Source of the DNA: Nitrospirota bacterium
Lineage (GTDB): Bacteria; Nitrospirota; Thermodesulfovibrionia; Thermodesulfovibrionales; JdFR-86
Direction: 5' to 3'
DNA length: 64,000 nucleotides
Assembly (NCBI GenBank): GCA_963721805.1
Contig: CAVRJY010000001.1
Location: forward strand, 1,184,001-1,248,000
Each line of letters starts with the position of its first letter. Within the stretch, counting starts at the first letter, position 1. A program made the position numbers and the translations under genes. Under the pieces are notes generated by a model, which ran no database searches, had not been told where the DNA came from, and worked only from the letters and a program-made list of their open reading frames with translations. Of this stretch, positions 1-10,610 are shown one piece after another.

Positions 1-243
1 GTCTATAGAGTAAAACAGCTCCTTGCCCTGCTCCATGTCCTTTACTTCCACGCCGAAATTGCGTTGCAGGAGCACGACGATCTCGACCGCGTCGAGGGAG
101 TCGAGGCCGAGCCCGGCGCCGAAGAGCACCTCGTCGTCCTTTATCTCCTCGGGCTTGATGTCATCGAGCGAGAGTTCGTCGACGAGCATCGACTTGAGCT
201 TCTTCCTTATCCCGGCCAGCGCCTCTTCCTTTGTATTGTCCAT
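1..243 (-). CDS. Acyl carrier protein (3' end runs off the window)
   Basis: Manual translation from ATG at 243: MDNTKEEALAGIRKKLKSMLVDELSLDDIKPEEIKDDEVLFGAGLGLDSLDAVEIVVLLQRNFGVEV. Contains the LGLDSLD phosphopantetheine motif. GAGGA RBS upstream. Not in the ORF track. Confidence 0.93.
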   Translation of the reverse strand, partial: MDNTKEEALAGIRKKLKSMLVDELSLDDIKPEEIKDDEVLFGAGLGLDSLDAVEIVVLLQRNFGVEVKDMEQGKELFYSID

Positions 244-261
244 CGCGTGCTCCTCTGCTGG

Positions 262-1161
262 TTATTCGTTATCTCCCCAGATGTCGTGAAATACGAACCA
301 CTGGTAAGGGTATTGCTCCACGTACCGCTCGAGTATCGCGGCATACTGCCGCACGCAGCCTTTTATGTCGTCACGCCGGGTCTTTCGCGTGAACTGCCCG
401 GTTGTGATCACGTTTGAGAAATCCACGACGTACTTGCGCTCGGAGACCTTTGCCGATAGCATCACGAAGACCGGGCAGCCTGCCGCCGCTGCTATCGCGA
501 ACGCGCCGTAAGGCAGGCGGGCCGTATCGCCCAGAAACGTGACCTCCCCGGTCCTGTGCCCATACCCGCGGTCGCCCATGATCGAGACGAGGCCGCCGTT
601 TTTGATCGCCTCCAGCGCCTCCAGCGCGCCCGAGAAGTCCTTGGGGTCCAGGATCCTCAGCCAGTCGCGCTCCTCGTAGAGCCTCAGGGCCTCGCTTACG
701 GCCGCGTTTTCCTCAGGCCGCATCATCAGATAGACCGGCCTCCCCAAGCCTCCGAGCGCCGGCATCGTCATCTGCCAGTTGCCGATATGGGCAGTCAGGA
801 GCACCGCACCGCGGTCCGATTCGCCTAAAACCCTAATCATTTTATCATATCCGGCCACCTCGGTGTCGAAGAGCGAGAGCCCGGAATCGGTTGAAACATA
901 GCGGTCCACAAGGTTTTTTCCCTGGCTGACATAGAGCCGCAAGACTCCGAGGCAGCGCCTGATGAAACCGCTTGCGGGAAAGCGCCTGCGTATATACGCA
1001 TCGCTCGCGCGGAACGCCGCGCGGTCAAGCAGGAGATAGTAGGCGCAGACGGGATATAAAAATGCATACGCGGCCTTAAGTCCGGAGGTCTTGAGCACGG
1101 CGCGGAAAAACCAGAACCCCAGCCGGTTGCCGCGCTTCTTGGGGGGCATCTCCTGCGTCAT
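262..1161 (-). CDS. Lipid A lauroyltransferase (LpxL)-like / lysophospholipid acyltransferase
   Basis: LLTAHIGNW, MGDRG and YPYQWF motifs. Start moved to MTQE, overlapping the upstream stop. Confidence 0.85.
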   Translation of the reverse strand: MTQEMPPKKRGNRLGFWFFRAVLKTSGLKAAYAFLYPVCAYYLLLDRAAFRASDAYIRRRFPASGFIRRCLGVLRLYVSQGKNLVDRYVSTDSGLSLFDTEVAGYDKMIRVLGESDRGAVLLTAHIGNWQMTMPALGGLGRPVYLMMRPEENAAVSEALRLYEERDWLRILDPKDFSGALEALEAIKNGGLVSIMGDRGYGHRTGEVTFLGDTARLPYGAFAIAAAAGCPVFVMLSAKVSERKYVVDFSNVITTGQFTRKTRRDDIKGCVRQYAAILERYVEQYPYQWFVFHDIWGDNE

Positions 1162-2351
1162 GCTGGCTTCCGCTTTTCGAAGGCATGCGCTATGAAGAAA
1201 AACGCCGAGGCCATCAATATCGAGGCCACCGGGGCTATAACCAGCGAGCCGAGCAGCCACTCGTAGAGCCTCTGGTGAAACTGCGCAAATACGGTCTCAA
1301 ATGTAAGGTCCGTAAGCCAAGCCCCGTGGCGCATGTAATAGCCCAGCTCTATGCAGAGCGCCGGGGTGAACGGGGCCATGAAGACGTGCTGGACGTTCAG
1401 GGCCACGATCTTGTTAAGGTTCAGCCTGACCGAGACGTAGAGTATCGCTGCGGTGTGCAGGAACAGCAGCGGGATTATCGCCAGAAACGAGCCGACCGCG
1501 GCAGCGGCAGCGAGCCCCTCAGGGGTCGCGTTTTCCTTTATAAGGTGGCGTATGAGCTTAAGCGGGTTGAAGATCAGCCCTATGTCGAACTTTGGCGCTG
1601 GCGCTAGCCGCTTGTGCCCGAAAGGCAGGAGCCGCAGGCCTATCAGCATCGAGTGCACGCGCGTGAGCCTGAGGTTGTCCATGACCGGCCTGAAGCTCGA
1701 GACGCGCTGCCCGGCCGGGGGGTAGTATACCCCGATCCCGACCGAGCGGAGCCTGAGCCCGGCCCAGGCCGCCTTGGCTAGCACCTCGGCCTCGAAGTCA
1801 TAGCGGCGCCCCTTGAACTTAAGTAAGTTTAGCTGTCTTACAGGATATGCCCGAAAACCGCTCTGGCAGTCGTCTATATGCTGGCCGGTCTCGATCCTGA
1901 GCCAGAAGTTCGCGAACCTACGGCCGAACCGGCTCGAGCGCGGGATGTTCTCGACGCTGAAGTCACGCGAGCCGACCACGAGGCTCAGTTCGTCGTCTTG
2001 AAGCATCGGGATGAACTTCGCGATATCGCCGGGGTCGTGCTGTCCGTCGGCGTCAATCGTGATCATATACTTGCCGCCCTGAAGCTCGACGAAGCGCGAG
2101 GCGGTGAGTATCGCCTGGCCCTTGCCCATGTTGGCGTGGTGGCGGAGCACGACAGCGTCTAAGTTCGAGATGAGTGCGCCTGCGTCGGCGTCGGTCGAGC
2201 CGTCGTCTATGACGACGACGCGGCCGGGGAGCATCCGGCAGCAGCCCTCGACGACAGCCCTAAGCGTCGGGGCGTTGTTATAGACCGGCACCGCGGCCCA
2301 GACGAGATCGGTGCCGATTGTCTCAGTTGCTGCGCTTGCGCTTGCGTTCAT
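1158..2351 (-). CDS. Glycosyltransferase family 2 with C-terminal DUF2062-like membrane domain
   Basis: VPVYNN, IDDGSTD, DADGQH and DCQSGFR motifs, plus hydrophobic C-terminus. Confidence 0.88.
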   Translation of the reverse strand: MNASASAATETIGTDLVWAAVPVYNNAPTLRAVVEGCCRMLPGRVVVIDDGSTDADAGALISNLDAVVLRHHANMGKGQAILTASRFVELQGGKYMITIDADGQHDPGDIAKFIPMLQDDELSLVVGSRDFSVENIPRSSRFGRRFANFWLRIETGQHIDDCQSGFRAYPVRQLNLLKFKGRRYDFEAEVLAKAAWAGLRLRSVGIGVYYPPAGQRVSSFRPVMDNLRLTRVHSMLIGLRLLPFGHKRLAPAPKFDIGLIFNPLKLIRHLIKENATPEGLAAAAAVGSFLAIIPLLFLHTAAILYVSVRLNLNKIVALNVQHVFMAPFTPALCIELGYYMRHGAWLTDLTFETVFAQFHQRLYEWLLGSLVIAPVASILMASAFFFIAHAFEKRKPA

Positions 2352-3678
2352 GTAGCATCATATCCCAGAGCGTGCCTGTATGGCCGAGCTTGTGGAGCAC
2401 TTGCAGCCCGCTGTCTATCGAGTCGGGCGGGAATATGCAGTGGCGCACGCCTTTAAACGCCTCGGTCAGCCTCTGCGTGAGCCATTCGGGGTCGACAGTG
2501 GGCGATAGGTAATAGGTCGGGGCCAGCAGGTCGGTCTCGGGCGTTATCACGCCTTCCCTAAGCGCGATATCAGCAAGCGGGGTGTTGGGGAATATGCGTA
2601 TGCCCATGTATATGAAGACCACGCTGTTGCGCAGCGAGAGGAGGTTTGCTATCCCCTCCTCGGCGGTCTCGGGGGTCTCGCCGGGGCAGCCGAACATCAC
2701 GAAATGCGAGCAAGGGATCGACTCGGCCGCGAAGAGGTCGTTTGCGGCCACGACGTCCGCGAAAGTGAAGTTCTTGCCCATGCGCCTGAGCGTTACGTCG
2801 GTCGATGCGTCCGTGCCGATCTCGACCGCTGCGAGCCCTGAGCGCTTCATAAGGCCGACAGCCTCGGCATCGAGGCCCTTGGGCCTGAAGAATCCCGACC
2901 ACGGAACCCGCGTATCGCGGCGGACCATCTCGCGAACAAGATTAAGATACTCGCCGCCCTCGTCGTTGAATACCGAATCGACGAAGAATATCGTCTTGCA
3001 GGCGTGCGTGTCGCGCAGCAGTATCATGTCGTCCACTACCGAGGGGACATGGCGCGGGCGGATGGCATGGCCCTCCAGAAGCGGATACGTGCAGTAGACG
3101 CAATGGGAAGTGCAGCCGCGCTTGCTCTGCACCGAGGCGATATTGCCGCTTTTGAGGTAAAACTCCATGAGGGTTGCGTCATAAGCGGCAGAGGGTATCG
3201 CCAGCCCCGTGAGACTGCGGGTAGAGTAGATCAGGCGGTCCTCGGGGTATACATCCCGGCTGGCGTTCTCGGCGAATACGACCACCAGGGCCTCGCTCTC
3301 GCCGACGAAGCCGTAGTCCGCTCCGGTTACGTCGAGTATCTCCTGCGGCATGAGCGAAAACCCCGCACCACCGAGGATGATCTTAGCCTGCGTGAGGGCC
3401 CTCAGGCGCGTGACGATCTCGCGCACGTGGTCGATGTAGTACTGCTTGTTCATGTAGTTTACGTTGTCGATGTTGCGGATCGAGATGCCGAGCAGCTCCG
3501 GACTGAACTCAGCCACCGCTGTCTCTATCGCGGCCATCGAGCTCCCCTCGCGCAGGTAGTCGAGCTGGCGCACCTCGTGTCCGGCCGATGTGAGAGCCGA
3601 GGAGATCATCGCGAGCCCGAGCGGGTAGACCGGGTAGGGCGAGGTCGCGATGTTGGACGAAAGCAGCAGTACGCGCAT
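2323..3678 (-). CDS. B12-binding radical SAM protein (lipid-biosynthesis type)
   Basis: PYPVYPLG N-terminus, SIRNIDN, KRGCTSHCVYC (CxxxCxxC). Confidence 0.9.
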   Translation of the reverse strand: MRVLLLSSNIATSPYPVYPLGLAMISSALTSAGHEVRQLDYLREGSSMAAIETAVAEFSPELLGISIRNIDNVNYMNKQYYIDHVREIVTRLRALTQAKIILGGAGFSLMPQEILDVTGADYGFVGESEALVVVFAENASRDVYPEDRLIYSTRSLTGLAIPSAAYDATLMEFYLKSGNIASVQSKRGCTSHCVYCTYPLLEGHAIRPRHVPSVVDDMILLRDTHACKTIFFVDSVFNDEGGEYLNLVREMVRRDTRVPWSGFFRPKGLDAEAVGLMKRSGLAAVEIGTDASTDVTLRRMGKNFTFADVVAANDLFAAESIPCSHFVMFGCPGETPETAEEGIANLLSLRNSVVFIYMGIRIFPNTPLADIALREGVITPETDLLAPTYYLSPTVDPEWLTQRLTEAFKGVRHCIFPPDSIDSGLQVLHKLGHTGTLWDMMLHERKRKRSN

Positions 3679-4946
3679 TACCTGTTCTCCCGGCGGAGGG
3701 CCTCGCGCCTGGCTCCGCGCTTCGGCCTGATCGATTTATACGTCCCGTCGGCCTGCTCCTTGGCGATGACCTTCATAAACAGCCGCGCCATCCTGAGCTC
3801 CTGGCTGCTCTCGCCGTAGAAGGTCTGCCATGCGTAGTGGTATAGCTCCTGCAAGCGCTCGGGGCTCATCTTCGCGGGCTTGAAAACGACGTCCCCGCCG
3901 GTATACCTGCGCCAGTCGTTGTGCAGGATGCGTCCCTCGTCCGCGAGGCTCTGGCGGATCGGCGTGTGCGGAAACGGGGTCAGGATCGTGAACTCCGCGA
4001 GGTCGAGCTTGATCTCCAAAAGGAAGTCCACGAGCCGCTTGATATAGTCCTCGTCGTGGTCGTCCATGCCCAGTATGATCGTGCCCTCCACGCCGATGCC
4101 GCGCTCCTGCAAGCGCTTGACGCGCTTGCGGATATGGTTGGAGGTATCGAATATCGCCTGGTAGACATACCAGCACCCTGCCTCGGCCGCGAGGTCGAGT
4201 ATCTCGTCGTTGTCCTTGATCGGGTGCGATATCCACTTGCGCTTAAGCGGTATCAGGGCGCGAAACAGGGCCTTCTCCCACTCGTCGTTCTGCGCGAGGG
4301 AATTGTCCACCAGAAAGAGGCGGTTGTTGTCTATGGATTCGATTTCCTTTACAACGATGTCGAGGTCGCGGGGACGGAACTTCCTCCCTCCCAGAAACGG
4401 CGTGCAGCACGGGAAGCAGTTGAAGCGGCAGCCGCGTGAGGCGTGCATGAGATCCACCATCTGCACGCCGCGATAGTTATAGAGCTCGCGGTTGAGGATG
4501 CTGCGCCGCGCCGGGCCGATCTGGCTTGCGTCCGGGAAGTTCTGCGTGAAGTCGTAGACCTTCTTGAGCTGCTTCTTTCTGAGGTCGTCTATCACCGCGC
4601 CGAAGCGGCCCTCGGCCTCGCCGAGGAATACCGAGTCAGAGTGCGCCATCGTCTCTTCGGCATGCAGCTGGGTCGCGATGCCGCCGAATATCACCGGCAC
4701 CCCCGCCTCGCGGAAGCGGTCCGCGATCTCCCATCCGCGCGGTATCTGGCAGGTGAGCATCGAGGATATCGCCACGAGGTCGACGTCCGTGTCAAACGGG
4801 ACCGGCTCTACGTTTTCGTCATAGAACTTAAGCTCGACGTCCTCCGGCACGGTCGCTGCGAAACAGACCGGCCCGTGCGGGGGCAGGTGAAACTCGGTCT
4901 GCCGGTTGAGCTTGGGCCACTTTGGATATATGAGCCGTATCTTCAC
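3678..4946 (-). CDS. B12-binding radical SAM protein
   Basis: Cobalamin-binding-type N-terminal domain, SRGCRFNCFPC motif, LTPFPHT. Confidence 0.88.
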   Translation of the reverse strand: MKIRLIYPKWPKLNRQTEFHLPPHGPVCFAATVPEDVELKFYDENVEPVPFDTDVDLVAISSMLTCQIPRGWEIADRFREAGVPVIFGGIATQLHAEETMAHSDSVFLGEAEGRFGAVIDDLRKKQLKKVYDFTQNFPDASQIGPARRSILNRELYNYRGVQMVDLMHASRGCRFNCFPCCTPFLGGRKFRPRDLDIVVKEIESIDNNRLFLVDNSLAQNDEWEKALFRALIPLKRKWISHPIKDNDEILDLAAEAGCWYVYQAIFDTSNHIRKRVKRLQERGIGVEGTIILGMDDHDEDYIKRLVDFLLEIKLDLAEFTILTPFPHTPIRQSLADEGRILHNDWRRYTGGDVVFKPAKMSPERLQELYHYAWQTFYGESSQELRMARLFMKVIAKEQADGTYKSIRPKRGARREALRRENR

Positions 4947-5557
4947 TTCTGGTGCACCTCGCTGTAAATTTTCGAGAGTTCCTGATCAATATCCAGGGGC
5001 GCATCGCCCCGGCCTATAAGCATGTATATCGCCTCGCGCCCGTCAGCCTCGCCGACGAGCATCGAGTCCGCCTCGCCGGAGCCGATCATATCGCCTGCCA
5101 TCGAGACGAGCGACCCGAGCGCTCCCTTGGCCGAGCTTGCGTAAAGCAGCGGCCCGAGCAGGCCGAAGTGTATCGCGGCCTCCCCAAGCGGGCTTGAGGG
5201 CAGGGTATAGATAAACAGGCTCGCGCGCCCCAGCGTGCGGCCCCCTTCGAGGTAGTCGCGGAAGTAAGCCGCGTCGGTGGCTATCGAGCCGGTCGAGTTG
5301 GTGCCGATTATGCCGATGTCCTGCTTGAATCCCATCGAGTACGAAACGCCGGCGTCCTTAAGTGCGAGCGCGACTGCGTGGCAGACGTTCCTCGATACGT
5401 CATCGAGCCTTCCGAAGTTCTTAAACGGATACGCGAATAACGATTTGCACGTAAAACGGCCGCTGGGGTCGACCTCTTCGCACCTGCTGCGCTCGCCGCT
5501 TCGGATCGCGCCGTACCTGCCTCCGCTGATCCAGCCTATGCCCTTGATCTCGATCAC
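4943..5557 (-). CDS. Short non-catalytic ketosynthase-like (chain-length-factor-like) protein
   Basis: FGRLD and LFIYTLPSS KS N-terminal-like motifs, no catalytic Cys-His-His. GTG start inferred from overlap with the upstream stop. Confidence 0.75.
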   Translation of the reverse strand: MIEIKGIGWISGGRYGAIRSGERSRCEEVDPSGRFTCKSLFAYPFKNFGRLDDVSRNVCHAVALALKDAGVSYSMGFKQDIGIIGTNSTGSIATDAAYFRDYLEGGRTLGRASLFIYTLPSSPLGEAAIHFGLLGPLLYASSAKGALGSLVSMAGDMIGSGEADSMLVGEADGREAIYMLIGRGDAPLDIDQELSKIYSEVHQK

Positions 5558-6678
5558 CGGGCGGCCACCACGAGGGCCGCGTTTATCCCGCTGAAGCCCG
5601 AGTTGGTCATGAGCGCCATCTTCGTGCGGTCGATTCCAACCGCCTTCGGCGAGACCCATCCCGCCGCGAGTTCGTCCGGCTCCGAGAGGTTTACGGTAGG
5701 CGGTGTTGTGCCTTCTTTGAGCGCGCGCAGCGCGATTATGAGCTCAAGCATCCCGGCCGCGCCCATCGTGTGGCCCAGCGCGCCCTTGACCGAATAAACC
5801 GGCCGGGGCGCTTCATTGAAGACCGCGCGGAACGCCCTCATCTCCATCGCGTCGTTATACGCGGTGCCTGTCCCGTGGGCCGAGATCATCCCGATTGCGG
5901 AGGAGTCGCATCCCGCCATCCTGAGCGCCTTGGTTGCGGCGAGTATCAGGCCCTCGCTCTCGCGCGAGGGGCCGGTCATGTGGTTGGCGTCGTCGCTGAG
6001 GCCCCAGCCCGCGACCTCGCCGAGCACCTCGCGGCCTTCAGATTCCGCCCGCTGTTCGCTCATCAAAAGCGCGTACCCGGCGGCATCGCCGAGGCTCAGG
6101 CCCTCGCGAGTGCGGTCAAACGGCCTCGCGAATCTACGGTCCATGGCCATCAGCGACGAAAAACCCGAAAACACGAACTCCGTGACCGCATCGCACGCGA
6201 TGACCAATACCGAATCCGCGCGGCCTGAGCATATCATCGACGCGCCGCGCGCTATCGCGGCCGAGCCCGAGGCGCATGCCGCGGATACCACCATCGAGGG
6301 GCCGGCCACGCCTGCGAGCGAGGCTGCCTTCTCAAGCAATCTAACCGGCGCGCAGGCGTCCTGCGGTATGCCTGTCTCGCCCAGTATCCGGCGCTCTAAA
6401 AGGTCGATCTCGCCCTTGGTAGTTGCGAGTATCAGGGCGGAGTCCGCTGGCGCGGGTATTACGCCAAGCAGGCGCTGAAGCATCTGGAGCACGAGCGAAT
6501 CGCCGTCGTGGTATCTGAGCGACATGATCGTTGCGGCGTTCTCTGACATGAAGGCCGAGGTGTTAAACCTCTCGATCTTCCCTATGGCGCTTTGGCCTGA
6601 CGTGATCGCGTCCCAGCAGGCATCGAGCCCGGGGCCGAAGGGCGTGAGCATATCGTATGCGGTGACGACTGCCTTCAT
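5554..6678 (-). CDS. Beta-ketoacyl-ACP synthase (FabF/FabB family)
   Basis: SAACASG, HGTGT, KGALGHT. Start MKAVVTAY. Confidence 0.92.
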   Translation of the reverse strand: MKAVVTAYDMLTPFGPGLDACWDAITSGQSAIGKIERFNTSAFMSENAATIMSLRYHDGDSLVLQMLQRLLGVIPAPADSALILATTKGEIDLLERRILGETGIPQDACAPVRLLEKAASLAGVAGPSMVVSAACASGSAAIARGASMICSGRADSVLVIACDAVTEFVFSGFSSLMAMDRRFARPFDRTREGLSLGDAAGYALLMSEQRAESEGREVLGEVAGWGLSDDANHMTGPSRESEGLILAATKALRMAGCDSSAIGMISAHGTGTAYNDAMEMRAFRAVFNEAPRPVYSVKGALGHTMGAAGMLELIIALRALKEGTTPPTVNLSEPDELAAGWVSPKAVGIDRTKMALMTNSGFSGINAALVVAAR

Positions 6679-7157
6679 CCGAGGTCCCTGAACTCTCCGT
6701 CGAGCCAGCGTTTCCTGAACCGCACCAGCAGCTCCGGCGCCACGAGGCAGACGCTGCCGCTTGCAGCGTCGGTCAGGACCTGCACCCTGTAGCCGCTCGT
6801 CGCGAGCGTGCCGTCCGCCCTGGTAATCCTGAATTCGGTGTTTATCTTGGCCGCCTCGTTCCATATGATCGAGGCAGCTACTGAAAATTCCTCGTCGAGC
6901 GTGAGGGGGCAGAAGTAATCGATATGGAGTTCGGCTATGGGGGCGCGGAGTCCGGCCTTGAAATAGTCCTCGAACCCGAGACCGCATCTTCGGCCTAGTT
7001 CGGTCGAGGCCTCCTCGAAAAACTGCGGGTAGCGGCCGAACCACGATATGCCCATTACGTCGGCATCGCTGAAGCTCACGCGCCGCCGGATCTCGAAGCT
7101 CACCGGCTCGGGCGAGCCCGGCATGCGCTCGAAATATGCTGTCCTCCGGCGTCTCAT
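6675..7157 (-). CDS. Acyl-CoA/ACP thioesterase (hotdog fold, YbgC/4HBT-like)
   Basis: RVSFSDADVMGISWFGRYPQFFEEA motif. Confidence 0.85.
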   Translation of the reverse strand: MRRRRTAYFERMPGSPEPVSFEIRRRVSFSDADVMGISWFGRYPQFFEEASTELGRRCGLGFEDYFKAGLRAPIAELHIDYFCPLTLDEEFSVAASIIWNEAAKINTEFRITRADGTLATSGYRVQVLTDAASGSVCLVAPELLVRFRKRWLDGEFRDLG

Positions 7158-7537
7158 CGTTGCGGTGCCTCGTCGAGCGATACGCGGAGCTTGATCTCAG
7201 AGACGCGCGCACCCGCCCGGCTCCACTGCGCCTTGATATCGAACTCGCCGGACTCCATCAGAGGGCCGCACTCGCAGAGCACCTCTTCGGCCGGGAGCAC
7301 AGGGGCCATAAACTTGGCGTTAATGACCTTTATGATGCGCACCGGCCTTCCGCTCCAGGTCGCGATCATACCGGCCGCGCATTCCATCTGGCATACGCCG
7401 GGCAGGACCTTCGCGCCGGGGAAGTGGCCCTGAAACCCTACGAAGTCTTCGGGAAACGAGAAGCGCGCGGAAAGCCTGCCGGACTCGAGCCCGAGACCGG
7501 ACATGCATCTGAGCGCATCGGACCTGAGGCGGTTCAA
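7154..7537 (-). CDS. FabZ/ApeI-like 3-hydroxyacyl-ACP dehydratase
   Basis: FQGHFPGAKVLPGV and AKFMAPVLP motifs. Confidence 0.85.
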   Translation of the reverse strand: MNRLRSDALRCMSGLGLESGRLSARFSFPEDFVGFQGHFPGAKVLPGVCQMECAAGMIATWSGRPVRIIKVINAKFMAPVLPAEEVLCECGPLMESGEFDIKAQWSRAGARVSEIKLRVSLDEAPQR

Positions 7538-8208
7538 TCGAGTATCTCCTTGACTTTCACGGTCAGGCTGTAGCCGTATTGATAGTTCTGTAAAAGCACG
7601 CCACGATTGATGATTTTACCATTTTTGCGCTCCGGCCCGAAATACAGCACCCGCCAGCGCAGGTCGTTCTCGACGAAATACGCCTTCTCGACCAGCGAGC
7701 CCTCGGCTCCGGCGAAGACGTATTTCATGATCCCGCCGTCCGTGCGTTCGTTGACTACCAGCTCATTGCCGTCCCACCAGCTCCACCAGCCCGCGCCCGA
7801 GGGTGTCGTATCGAAGTATATGCGCCTGATGTCCTCACCTATCTTCGCCCCGAAACTGCCTTTGCCTCCGCGCTCTAGCATAGGCAGGACGAAGCGCGTC
7901 GTCGTGCCGCTTCGGTCCCCGCTAAGCTCAAAGAGCTTCATGCCCATAGGGTTGAGGCAGGCCACAGCGAAAGTGCCCGCTGATTGGTCGAGCTCAAGCT
8001 CGCCTATGCCCGTGATCTCCTGCGGGCCGAAGCCGAAGGTCACGCTGCTTAGGAGCTTCAACTGCTGTGGTATCGCGGCCCTGTATTGCGCGATAACCTG
8101 TGCGGGGTCGTGCGAGGGCATCGGCGTGCGCCCGACCGGGGCGAAGGGAAGGGCGGCGGCGCAGGCCGAAAGCGCGAGCGCCGCGATCATGAGTATCAAG
8201 GCCCTCAT
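7534..8208 (-). CDS. Lipoprotein (DUF3261-like) of the lipid cluster
   Basis: Signal peptide with lipobox LSAC. Context typical of aryl-polyene-like clusters. Confidence 0.65.
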   Translation of the reverse strand: MRALILMIAALALSACAAALPFAPVGRTPMPSHDPAQVIAQYRAAIPQQLKLLSSVTFGFGPQEITGIGELELDQSAGTFAVACLNPMGMKLFELSGDRSGTTTRFVLPMLERGGKGSFGAKIGEDIRRIYFDTTPSGAGWWSWWDGNELVVNERTDGGIMKYVFAGAEGSLVEKAYFVENDLRWRVLYFGPERKNGKIINRGVLLQNYQYGYSLTVKVKEILD

Positions 8209-10610
8209 TTAGTGCGCACCACGAGGAACATGCGGCAGAGCGCGGGGACTAGCGTTATCGAGCTTAGCCAGCCGATAAGCAGGCTGATGCTCATCGCGAG
8301 TCCCATCGAGAACAGCGCGGGGTGGCGCGCGAACAGCAGGACTGCGGTGCCGATCACGGTCGAGACCGCCGATAGCGATATGCCGAGCACCGTGCCGAGG
8401 TTAAGCCTCTCGTGGTGCTGGTATGTTATCCCGATCCCGAAATCCACGACTATTCCGGCGGTGACGATGCTCGCTATTATGTTGGCGATGTTCACCGGGA
8501 CGTTCATCACGGCCATGATCCCCAGCAGCCATATCGTGCTTGCGGCCACGGGTATTAAGGCTATCAGCGCGGCCTTGAGGTTCCTGAAAAACAGCGCGGT
8601 AAGTATGATGTTGGCCGCGATCGCGAGCGGCACGAGCAGGTATGCCTCGCGGCTCGTGAAGATCGAGATAGAGCGCGAGAGCGCGCGCCGCGAGAGCACG
8701 AACGCTCCGGGCTGGTCCTTCGTTATCGCATCGACCTTGCGCAGGGACTCAGCGTCGTCGGGGAAGAACGATAGCACCTGGTACTGGCCGCCGCTTTGGT
8801 GGACGAACCGCTCCTTGAGCCTGCCGAGCAGCTCGTCTATCGAGCCCGAGTCGATGGATTTGGGGTAGAGGTTGTCAAAGAACGGGCCGAATGCGTCGGC
8901 CGAAAAACCGTAGCGGGCGCCCTCGGATTTGATGAGCGATTTAAGCCTGTCTTCGCGGCCGCCGCGCCAGAACGCGTTCCAGCGGCCGATGTTCGCGCTG
9001 CGCTTTTCTCCGGAGGGCCAGAGCATCGAGAAGCTTACGAAGTTGCCGATCCCCGAGGCGGTCGCCATCTCGTACGCGCGGTCGCTCTGCCTGAGCGCGT
9101 CTTCGTAGGTCTTGCCGCTCAGCACGAGTATGGCCTGGCTGTCGGTGCCCCCCCATGCCTCGTGAAACCGCGCCTCCGCGTCCTTGACGTACTGCTCGGT
9201 GCCGTCAAGCTGTGCCACGTTGCTCTCGACGTGCACCCCGAAAGCGCAATACAGGAGCACGGCCGTGGCCACCAGCCACAACGCCACCATGGCGCGGCTG
9301 GAGCCGAACGTGCGTTCGAGGTGGCGCTCCAAAAACGAATGGTAAAGCGCGCCCTCGCGTCTCCACCGGAGCGCGTGCGGCAGGATGAACATCGCAAGGA
9401 AGACCGAGGCGGCGATGCAGACCATCGAGAATACCGCGAGCTGGCGGTAGCCCTCGATGCGCGACAGAAGCAGCACGCCGAAGCTCGCAGCGGTCGTGAT
9501 CGCGTCGATGAAGATGAGCCTCGCGAGCTTGACCGTGTTCCGGTCGTCGAGCAGGCCCTTCTTCGCGGCGATGTAGGAATATATGCCGTAGTCTATCGTG
9601 ATGCCGCCTATGACCGTCCCGAACCCTATCACGACCGATGCGAGGTCCCCAAGCAGCATCCCGGTGATGTTGATCGAATATATGACGCCGATCATCGGGA
9701 TCGCGAATACGAGCCCGACCCTGGGGTCGCGGAAGACGCCCAGAAAGAGTATCAGAAACGCGGCCGAGGCGATCAGCGACGTGAGCTTCACGTCGCGCTC
9801 GATCACGCGCTGGTTGCTCACCGTATGGAAGTGCCCGCCCACGGCGTCGACGGTTACGTTAGGCGGGAGAGCCTTGATCTCGCGTTCGACATACTGCACG
9901 AGGCGCTTGCTTCCGATGCTGTCGGTCATAGGGATCGAGGTCTGCGCGATGACGAGCGCATGGCGGCCGTCGAGGCTCACGAGGTGGCCGCCCTCGATCA
10001 TGAGCTGGTAGCCCATCGAATCCGATAGGGCCTTAAATTTACGCAATGCCTGCAATCGCAGCCCGAGAGGGTCGGAGCGCGACATCGAGCCCATCAGGAT
10101 GCTCTCGGGCTTGAACGATTGTAGGTATATCTGGCGCATCCGGGCCGAGATACCGTCTGGCGTGATCATGCGGTCGATATCCTTCAGGTCATTGTCGGTG
10201 CTCACCGAGGCCACGTATCCCATGAATTCACCCGACATCATCGAGCCCGGGGAAAACCCGGTCACGACCTCCGAGAACATCGGCGGCTTTAGCGCGGCCG
10301 CGAATCGGTCGACCGCGGCGAAAAGCTCCTCGTGCCCGCCCTGTCCGGGGTCTTTGAGCGAGACCGAGAACACGACCTTCCCCGAGAGGTTGGTCTCGCG
10401 CAAAAACGTCATGTCGCGCCTGATCTCCGGCTCGTCCGGGAGCATAAGGTCTATGTCGCCCCTGAAGCGGTGAAACCCGAGGCTGGCAGCGGCTATGACC
10501 GTGAGCGCCAGAAGGCCGAGCAGGACGCCCTTGCGGTGCCGCTCTATCGCATGGTAGAGGGCAAGTACGGCGCGTTCAAACACCGCGCTCGACCTTGAAG
10601 TCACCGTCAT
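8205..10610 (-). CDS. MMPL/RND-family lipid exporter
   Basis: 801 aa with two multi-TM halves, each with GIxxDY/F motifs and large periplasmic loops. Confidence 0.85.
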   Translation of the reverse strand: MTVTSRSSAVFERAVLALYHAIERHRKGVLLGLLALTVIAAASLGFHRFRGDIDLMLPDEPEIRRDMTFLRETNLSGKVVFSVSLKDPGQGGHEELFAAVDRFAAALKPPMFSEVVTGFSPGSMMSGEFMGYVASVSTDNDLKDIDRMITPDGISARMRQIYLQSFKPESILMGSMSRSDPLGLRLQALRKFKALSDSMGYQLMIEGGHLVSLDGRHALVIAQTSIPMTDSIGSKRLVQYVEREIKALPPNVTVDAVGGHFHTVSNQRVIERDVKLTSLIASAAFLILFLGVFRDPRVGLVFAIPMIGVIYSINITGMLLGDLASVVIGFGTVIGGITIDYGIYSYIAAKKGLLDDRNTVKLARLIFIDAITTAASFGVLLLSRIEGYRQLAVFSMVCIAASVFLAMFILPHALRWRREGALYHSFLERHLERTFGSSRAMVALWLVATAVLLYCAFGVHVESNVAQLDGTEQYVKDAEARFHEAWGGTDSQAILVLSGKTYEDALRQSDRAYEMATASGIGNFVSFSMLWPSGEKRSANIGRWNAFWRGGREDRLKSLIKSEGARYGFSADAFGPFFDNLYPKSIDSGSIDELLGRLKERFVHQSGGQYQVLSFFPDDAESLRKVDAITKDQPGAFVLSRRALSRSISIFTSREAYLLVPLAIAANIILTALFFRNLKAALIALIPVAASTIWLLGIMAVMNVPVNIANIIASIVTAGIVVDFGIGITYQHHERLNLGTVLGISLSAVSTVIGTAVLLFARHPALFSMGLAMSISLLIGWLSSITLVPALCRMFLVVRTK